Of a stretch of 36,646 nt of DNA, positions 32,070 through 36,646 are shown one piece after another. The position numbers and the translations under genes were made by a program. This stretch comes from Candidatus Dojkabacteria bacterium. GTDB lineage: Bacteria > Patescibacteriota > Dojkabacteria > J137. The notes under the pieces are model-generated. The model searched no databases, was not told where the DNA came from, and was given only the letters and a program-made list of their open reading frames with translations. Each line of letters begins with the position of its first letter. The stretch's first letter is position 1. The stretch covers positions 1 to 36,646 of the forward strand of contig JAGQLF010000001.1 of assembly GCA_020429545.1 (NCBI GenBank), given 5' to 3'.

Positions 32070-33827
32070 TTAAATACTTTGTAAAAAATCTTTTAACATT
32101 GGGGCGATATAATAGCCTCCTCCTCCATATTGTTGGAAGAAGCTAAAAGTGTAGGTTTTACCATCTTTGTCAAAAGTACCAACAATCCAACCATGAACCC
32201 TTTCTACAAATACTCCGTTCATATTTTCTAAAGTTTCGGCTGACCCAGTTTTTGCATGAATATTATAGTCTTTAAGATCAGAAAAGAATCTTGCCACAAC
32301 ACTTCCATTATTGTATGCCACACCATACATACCTTCTTTGATAGCAGTACTTATACTTTCAGGCATATTAACAGTTTCTATGATTTGAGGTTGATTATAG
32401 AACTCTTCTGTACCATCATTATGTTTTATCTTATATATAAAATGTGGTTTTAATTTTTTTCCACCATTTTGAATCATTGAAACTGCAACTGCCATTTGTA
32501 TAGGTGATACTGTAACAGCCCCTTGTCCAATAACAGCATTGCAAGTATCTCCATCAAACCAACCATCACCTGTTACTTCTAATTTTCGCGTTGGAGAATC
32601 CATAACACCCTTAGATTCACTTTCAAATTCAATGCCTGTGGGTGAACCAATACCAAATTCTTGTGCATCAGAAACTAGGTACGAAAATCCTTTCTCTTCG
32701 CTCATCTTTAAAGCGTAATTACAAAAATACAAGTTGCTTGATTTAATTAATGCATTTTCAAGATTAAGTTCACCATAAAAATTTTTACCATATTCGCAAA
32801 ATTCAAAGCCTCCTCCTAGGTTCAAACATTGATTCGAAAAAAAAGTTGATGTTTTTTTGATAATATTATTATTCAACAAAGAATAAGACGTTATCAGTTT
32901 AAAAATAGAACCTGGTGTATAAGATCCAACAATAGCTTTATCAATAAGAGGTGTGGTTCTTGAAGATTGTAAATCACTAAAAGAATCAGCGCTGATACCC
33001 CTGACTATCGTATTAACATCAAAACCTGGGTAAGACACCATAGCTTTAATCTCCCCTGTCTCAGAATCCATTATTACTCCTGCACCTCCAGCTGCATTGT
33101 TCCTGTTATTATACTCAGCTAACCATCTATAAAGTTGGTCCTGCCAGCTCGCATCTATCGTTAAATAGATTGAATCACCTTCTATAGGTGGTATTGAAAT
33201 CTCAGATAAGCCGTCATGAATTATCTGACCTGGTATACCACGTAAATTCTCCTCATAAAGTTTTTCTAATCTGTACTTGCCAATAAATTCGTCTGTTTTA
33301 TATTCTCCCTCCTTAACTGTTTCTTCATCCACAATTCCCGTATATCCTGTAATATGAGCAAACTCATATGGTAGTGAATAATGCCTAATAAACCTGGACC
33401 TTACTTCTAAATTGGGGATATCTTTAAAAACTTGTTCCATTTTAGATACTTGAGAAGTATCTAATAGCGACAATACTCTTTGATCCCATTGAAGATTTGT
33501 GTCTATTTCTTCTAATAACTTTTCAATATCAATGTCATTGTTATCAAAATACTCTAATAAATCAGAATAATCCTTTTCCATTTCTTTGGAGTATTTCAAA
33601 TAAATATCAAAAGCTTTTACATCTTGAGCCAAAACTCTACCTACCGAATCTAAAATTTTTCCTCTTGGAGCTAGTTCAACTTCTTTATCTACAACAAACT
33701 GCAATGATGTTGAATTAAGAACATTACCTTCCATAAGCTGGCTAAAAGCCGCAAAAATTACTACTATAGTTATTCCTACTATATAGAAATATTGAATTGG
33801 AAACGATAAAAGTTTCGTATAATTCAT
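32070..33827 (-). CDS. mrdA: penicillin-binding protein 2 (class B transpeptidase)
   Basis: N-terminal TM anchor. SxxK (GSIFK), SxN (KSSN) and KTG (AKTGSAE) motifs at the expected spacing. Confidence 0.88.
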   Translation of the reverse strand: MNYTKLLSFPIQYFYIVGITIVVIFAAFSQLMEGNVLNSTSLQFVVDKEVELAPRGKILDSVGRVLAQDVKAFDIYLKYSKEMEKDYSDLLEYFDNNDIDIEKLLEEIDTNLQWDQRVLSLLDTSQVSKMEQVFKDIPNLEVRSRFIRHYSLPYEFAHITGYTGIVDEETVKEGEYKTDEFIGKYRLEKLYEENLRGIPGQIIHDGLSEISIPPIEGDSIYLTIDASWQDQLYRWLAEYNNRNNAAGGAGVIMDSETGEIKAMVSYPGFDVNTIVRGISADSFSDLQSSRTTPLIDKAIVGSYTPGSIFKLITSYSLLNNNIIKKTSTFFSNQCLNLGGGFEFCEYGKNFYGELNLENALIKSSNLYFCNYALKMSEEKGFSYLVSDAQEFGIGSPTGIEFESESKGVMDSPTRKLEVTGDGWFDGDTCNAVIGQGAVTVSPIQMAVAVSMIQNGGKKLKPHFIYKIKHNDGTEEFYNQPQIIETVNMPESISTAIKEGMYGVAYNNGSVVARFFSDLKDYNIHAKTGSAETLENMNGVFVERVHGWIVGTFDKDGKTYTFSFFQQYGGGGYYIAPMLKDFLQSI

Positions 33828-34846
33828 AAGAATATCAAATCTTTAACTTCTAAATTCTCTAAAAGGTCTGGGGAGTTATTAATTATTTCTAATCCCATCA
33901 CTGTAGCCTTGATAGGATCTGTAATTTGTAACTTCAGTTTAACATGCTTTTTAATTTCGTTAGAAAATTCTTTTATCAGAAATAGTCCTCCAGAAACAGT
34001 TATACCTTCTTCTAAAAGCTGATCTAACTCTGATGTCGATGCTTTTTCTATCATTTTCTTTAACTCAACTATTACAACAGAGAATTCTTCTATGATTACA
34101 TTTGTGATCTCAGATTGATAAACTTCAAACTCTACTGGTAGTCCGTCTTTCAAATTCTTACCTTTTAGTTGAACTATCTTTTTCTTTGAAGATGAAAAGT
34201 CCATCTCACTAATAACTTTGTTTATAGATTTTAGGGAGATATCAATAAGATACTTATCCTTTATATAATCTTGAACTGACGAAAGTATATTTACTGAGCC
34301 AAAGTAAAATGTGTTGTCATAACAGATTTCATTGTTAATAATTATCAACAAATCTGTAATTGAGTATCCAATTTTACATACAATTCCTGACCCTATTTCT
34401 GAATCACTATACAAAGCTGCTACACCCTCATTTACAAAAGTTACTGAACTGACTCCAAATGATTCAAGTGCATCTGTATAGGCTGAAATTTCAACCTCTG
34501 AGGATGTTGAGTGTATGCTTGCAACTATGTTTGGCCTAAAGAATTTAGTTTTCCTACCCATTTGTTCTAAAATCACGGCTAGCTCATGATGTAAAAATAG
34601 CTCAGAAGCTTTATAGTCATGGATTGTTCCATTTATTACAGGAGAAATCTTTCTATACTTTTTTGTTGAGTATTTAGTTACAGCCTCTTCCCCAATAAAT
34701 ATTACTTCGTCATAATCTTTAGAAACACATATAACTGATGGCTTAGTTTCAAATAGATTGATGCTAGGTGCATAGACTTTAAACTGATCTGTTCCAAACT
34801 CAATATAAATATATTCTGCATTATTTTTACGAAAATTTTTGAACAC
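33824..34846 (-). CDS. divergent MreB-like actin-fold protein
   Basis: Collinear with MreB (YIEFGTDQF for the phosphate-1 DLGT motif; SGGLFLIKEF..ITDPIKATVMG for GGGALL..DPL..V.G). The phosphate-2 DIGGGTT is replaced by KIGYSIT. GTG start. 4-nt overlap with the PBP2 gene. Confidence 0.6.
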   Translation of the reverse strand: MFKNFRKNNAEYIYIEFGTDQFKVYAPSINLFETKPSVICVSKDYDEVIFIGEEAVTKYSTKKYRKISPVINGTIHDYKASELFLHHELAVILEQMGRKTKFFRPNIVASIHSTSSEVEISAYTDALESFGVSSVTFVNEGVAALYSDSEIGSGIVCKIGYSITDLLIIINNEICYDNTFYFGSVNILSSVQDYIKDKYLIDISLKSINKVISEMDFSSSKKKIVQLKGKNLKDGLPVEFEVYQSEITNVIIEEFSVVIVELKKMIEKASTSELDQLLEEGITVSGGLFLIKEFSNEIKKHVKLKLQITDPIKATVMGLEIINNSPDLLENLEVKDLIFL

Positions 34847-34855
34847 TTTAAAATG

Positions 34856-34897
34856 AGTAAATAGTAATTAGTGTTGAGTATTGAGTAATTAGTTACT
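34856..34897. repeat. 6 x 7-nt phased array (AGTAAAT AGTAATT AGTGTTG AGTATTG AGTAATT AGTTACT)
   Basis: AGT at 34856, 34863, 34870, 34877, 34884 and 34891. Starts 10 nt from the MreB-like start codon. Confidence 0.85.
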
Positions 34898-34908
34898 ATA
34901 GTCTTGAA

Positions 34909-34943
34909 CACTAAATGCTCAGTACTAATTACTGGCTACTTTT
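34909..34943. repeat. 5 x 7-nt phased array (CACTAAA TGCTCAG TACTAAT TACTGGC TACTTTT), complementary type
   Basis: RCT at 34910, 34917, 34924, 34931 and 34938. ACTAATTACT (34924-34933) is the exact complement of AGTAATTAGT (34884-34893). Confidence 0.85.
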
Positions 34944-34990
34944 ACAAATTATATATGAAGATGTCTATATGAGGTAGTAATTTAAAAATA

Positions 34991-35063
34991 AGCTGAAACT
35001 GGGAATTGAACCCAGGACCTCACCCTTACCATGGGTGCGCTCTACCATCTGAGCTATTCCAGC
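34991..35063 (-). tRNA. tRNA-Thr (anticodon GGU)
   Basis: Minus strand: GCTGGAA TA GCTC AGATGGTA GAGC G CACCC ATGGTAA GGGTG AGGTC CTGGG TTCAATT CCCAG TTTCAGC + discriminator T. Cloverleaf with one G:U in the acceptor. CCA is not encoded. Confidence 0.9.
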
Positions 35064-35195
35064 ACTTACTTAAATTAACTTGTCAATTTAGTCTCGCCGA
35101 AGCTTAAGCGAAGGCGGACTATTCCAGCATTTATTACGAGTTAAAATTGTCAACTTAGTCTCGCCGTAGCTTCAGCGAAGGCGGGCTATTCCAGC
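35064..35195 (-). repeat. two tandem 66-nt units, each starting (minus sense) with the tRNA-Thr 5' decamer GCTGGAATAG followed by a GC-rich hairpin
   Basis: Units are 35064-35129 and 35130-35195. The hairpin is TAGTC-T-CGCC / GGCG-GACTA with loop GAAGCTTAAGCGAA or GTAGCTTCAGCGAA. They lie directly upstream of tRNA-Thr(GGU). Confidence 0.85.
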
Positions 35196-35254
35196 TTTTA
35201 TGAATCTGGAAGATTATACAATATTAGATCTTTTGAATGTGAGAATAAAAAATA

Positions 35255-35337
35255 TCCGGAGAGAAGGATTTGAACCTCCGTAGTCCTGGGACGCCTGATT
35301 TACAGTCAGGTGCGATTGACCGCTCCGCCATCTCCGG
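35255..35337 (-). tRNA. tRNA-Tyr (anticodon GUA), class II, with C1:G72
   Basis: Minus strand: CCGGAGA TG GCG GAGCGGTCAAT CGC A CCTGA CTGTAAA TCAGG CGTCCCAGGACTAC GGAGG TTCAAAT CCTTC TCTCCGG A. U8 and U33 are in register. 83 nt. CCA is not encoded. Confidence 0.85.
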
Positions 35338-35342
35338 AAACA

Positions 35343-35420
35343 AGTACCAAGTACTGAGTTTTTAGTACTTAGTTATTTTATTAATTTCTAAGTACTCAGT
35401 ACTAATTACTAAAAACTGAA
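35343..35420. repeat. inverted pair of 5 x 7-nt arrays forming a long hairpin between tRNA-Thr(UGU) and tRNA-Tyr
   Basis: Left arm: AGT at 35343/50/57/64/71. Right arm: (A/T)CT at 35387/94/401/408/415. AGTACTTAG (35364-35372) pairs with CTAAGTACT (35388-35396). AGTACTG (35350-35356) pairs with CAGTACT (35397-35403). Confidence 0.85.
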
Positions 35421-35424
35421 CTGG

Positions 35425-35497
35425 AGCTGGAACTGGGACTCGAACCCAGGACCGACTGTTTACAAAACAGTTGCTCTACCAACTGAGCTATTCCAGC
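35425..35497 (-). tRNA. tRNA-Thr (anticodon UGU)
   Basis: Minus strand: GCTGGAA TA GCTC AGTTGGTA GAGC A ACTGT TTTGTAA ACAGT CGGTC CTGGG TTCGAGT CCCAG TTCCAGC + T. Perfect acceptor stem. Confidence 0.92.
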
Positions 35498-35562
35498 AAT
35501 CTAATTGTTAAATCTACGTTTTTCCTTTCTGTTTATCACTTAAAAAACCAACTGCTCAATAA

Positions 35563-35604
35563 GGTCATCATTTTATAAACGTAGTGCAATAAAATGATTT
35601 GACC
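35563..35604. other. long AT-rich hairpin (9 bp + 2-nt bulge + 5 bp)
   Basis: GGTCATCATTTTAT-aaacgtagtgca-ATAAAATGATTTGACC. Located between the tRNA-Thr fragment and tRNA-Thr(UGU). Confidence 0.6.
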
Positions 35605-35607
35605 GCA

Positions 35608-35706
35608 TTAGTCCCGACAATGTCGGGGAGCTATTCCAGCACTTACTTAAATTAACTTGTCAATTTAGTCTCGCCGTAGCTTCAGCGAAGGCGGACTATT
35701 CCAGCA
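35608..35706 (-). repeat. 13-nt tRNA-Thr 5' fragment fused to a hairpin, plus a third 66-nt GCTGGAATAG-hairpin unit
   Basis: 35628-35676 is identical over 49 nt to 35051-35099, i.e. the first 13 nt of tRNA-Thr(GGU) plus its upstream flank. About 80 nt aligns with 2 mismatches. The tRNA body is replaced by TCCCCGAC-att-GTCGGGA. Confidence 0.85.
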
Positions 35707-35717
35707 TAACTGTATCG

Positions 35718-35788
35718 AGTAATGAATTTTTAGTACTTAGTTATTTTGTTAACTTCTAAGTACTCAGTACTAACTACTCTGTACTAAT
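35718..35788. repeat. second copy of the AGTACT-word hairpin (4 + 5 heptamer units)
   Basis: 35727-35778 is near-identical to 35359-35410 (TTTTTAGTACTTAGTTATTTTrTTAAyTTCTAAGTACTCAGTACTAAyTACT). The right arm has (A/T)CT at 35755/62/69/76/83. Confidence 0.85.
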
Positions 35789-35803
35789 TTAAAGTGCTCA
35801 TCA

Positions 35804-35833
35804 AGTATAGCAAAAGGTTATAAAACTTTGCAA
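35804..35833 (-). promoter_or_regulatory. candidate promoter of the minus-strand tRNA cluster (TTGCAA-N18-TGcTATACT)
   Basis: Minus strand: -35 at 35828-35833, -10 at 35804-35809, TG at 35811-35812. Confidence 0.45.
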
Positions 35834-35856
35834 AATATTTAATTTTGATATAAAAT
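35828..35856 (+). promoter_or_regulatory. candidate rpmB promoter (TTGCAA-N17-TAAAAT, overlapping TGATATAAA)
   Basis: The -35 hexamer is palindromic (TTGCAA) and shared with the divergent tRNA promoter. -10 at 35851-35856. ATG at 35886. Confidence 0.45.
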
Positions 35857-35885
35857 CTACACGTTATTTAAACAATTTCAAAGAA

Positions 35886-36125
35886 ATGGCACGAGTTTGC
35901 GAAATATCAGGAAGAAAAACAAGAACAGGAAATAGAATTCAGCACAGAAGAGGTAAGTCTGGATCTGGAGGAGCGTGGAATTATAAGGCACCTAAGACAA
36001 AAAGAACTTGGAAACCTAATCTAAGAAAGGTTAAAGTTAACATTAACGGCACTACAAAAAGAATCAAAGTTAGCATGAAAGAGTACAAAAAAATGCGAAA
36101 AGAATCTGAAGCTCTAGCTAACTAA
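35886..36125 (+). CDS. rpmB: 50S ribosomal protein L28
   Basis: MARVCEISGRKTRTGNRIQHRRGKSGSGG...KPNLRKVKV matches the L28 core. 79 aa. Confidence 0.9.
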   Translation: MARVCEISGRKTRTGNRIQHRRGKSGSGGAWNYKAPKTKRTWKPNLRKVKVNINGTTKRIKVSMKEYKKMRKESEALAN

Positions 36126-36143
36126 TTGACTCTACTTTCATAA

Positions 36144-36192
36144 GACTATAAACTCAGTACTAAATACTCAATATTCATTATTAACTACTCTT
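36144..36192. repeat. 7 x 7-nt phased array (GACTATA AACTCAG TACTAAA TACTCAA TATTCAT TATTAAC TACTCTT)
   Basis: AYT cores at 36145, 36152, ... 36187 (five ACT, two ATT). The array ends 1 nt before ATG 36194. Confidence 0.7.
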
Positions 36193-36193
36193 A

Positions 36194-36646
36194 ATGATTT
36201 TCTACGGTAGAAATATAGTAATAGAAGCACTTAAATCAAACCATCAAGTGTCTAAAGTTTCTATTCAAGAAGGGTCAGATAACAACGAAAAGATAGGTCT
36301 AATTGTGAAACTAGCAAAATCTTTAAATGTACCAATTTCATATCTAGATAGAAGAGAAATTTCTAAGGTCACCAGTTCTGAAGAACACCAAGGAGTTTGT
36401 TGCGAAGTTAAGTTTAATGAATCTAAATTAAAAGATTTAATTACCGGCGAGGATAATCAATCATTTATATATATTTCCACTGCGACTTTTGAACACAATA
36501 TTGGAGCTATTACTAGATCAGCCGAAGTTGCTGGAGTTAATGGTGTAATCATTCCAACAAATGCAGAAATCACTCCTACTGTAGCAAAAACTTCTGCAGG
36601 TGCGATATTTCATATACCAATTATTAGATTATCCGTTTTTAATGCT
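36194..36646 (+). CDS. TrmH/SpoU-family RNA 2'-O-methyltransferase (RlmB-like), 3'-truncated by the window end
   Basis: Open frame from ATG 36194 to the window end (151 codons), not in the ORF track because it has no stop. It has an N-terminal GRNIVIEAL substrate-binding domain, an HQGV motif, and the start of the SPOUT domain (HNIGAITRSAEVAGVNGVIIP). Confidence 0.8.
   Translation, partial: MIFYGRNIVIEALKSNHQVSKVSIQEGSDNNEKIGLIVKLAKSLNVPISYLDRREISKVTSSEEHQGVCCEVKFNESKLKDLITGEDNQSFIYISTATFEHNIGAITRSAEVAGVNGVIIPTNAEITPTVAKTSAGAIFHIPIIRLSVFNA

Noticed and set aside
35081-35086. TTGACA boxes (minus sense) inside the spacers of the GCTGGAATAG units, considered as promoters for the downstream tRNA or unit.
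   Set aside because: They lie only about 17-18 nt upstream of the tRNA or unit 5' end, which leaves no room for a -10 element and a transcription start.
1-36646. Possible alternative genetic code (UGA recoded, as in some candidate phyla), considered because only RF1 is seen here.
   Set aside because: ruvB ends at TGA at the normal protein length, the xAFD gene ends at TGA, and no housekeeping gene is interrupted by in-frame TGA. RF2 may simply lie outside the window.
1-36646. CRISPR arrays, rRNA genes, transposases, integrases and prophage genes.
   Set aside because: No spacer-repeat array with a 25-40 nt period was seen. No ORF has transposase or integrase motifs. The only integration-like trace is the 18-nt tRNA-Leu repeat reported above.

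Overview
AT-rich, gene-dense bacterial chromosomal segment, mostly minus-strand housekeeping genes. Gene blocks: ruvB-ruvA / ruvC-yebC, dnaB, rpmE-prfA, rpsF-ssb-rpsR, dnaX-ybaB-recR, rpsB-tsf-frr-rseP-rpsU, dprA-topA, a PBP2 plus divergent MreB-like pair, rpmB, and a TrmH/RlmB-like methyltransferase cut by the window end. There are four tRNAs: Leu-CAA, Thr-GGU, Tyr-GUA and Thr-UGU. Accessory content is a 1619-aa repeat-rich surface protein, a small protein with 16 consecutive xxFx tetrads, a VapBC toxin-antitoxin pair, a GNAT enzyme and several membrane proteins. I saw no rRNA, CRISPR array, transposase or integrase. TGA is a stop (ruvB), so the standard bacterial code applies. Shine-Dalgarno motifs are rare, and the operons are streamlined (no pyrH, uppS, cdsA or dxr in the rpsB-rseP string). 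That suggests a small-genome lineage such as CPR/Patescibacteria, but this is inference only. The most unusual signal is non-coding. (1) Intergenic DNA is built from 7-nt-phased arrays, usually exactly five units. They carry UAG/AGY cores right after stop codons and complementary CUA/RCU cores before the next gene. (2) Two families of GC-rich multi-hairpin elements occur in two copies each, and their stems differ by compensatory base changes. (3) Hairpin units carry copies of tRNA ends, next to the tRNA-Thr genes and tRNA-Leu. (4) The tRNA-Tyr has a C1:G72 pair together with a long variable arm.
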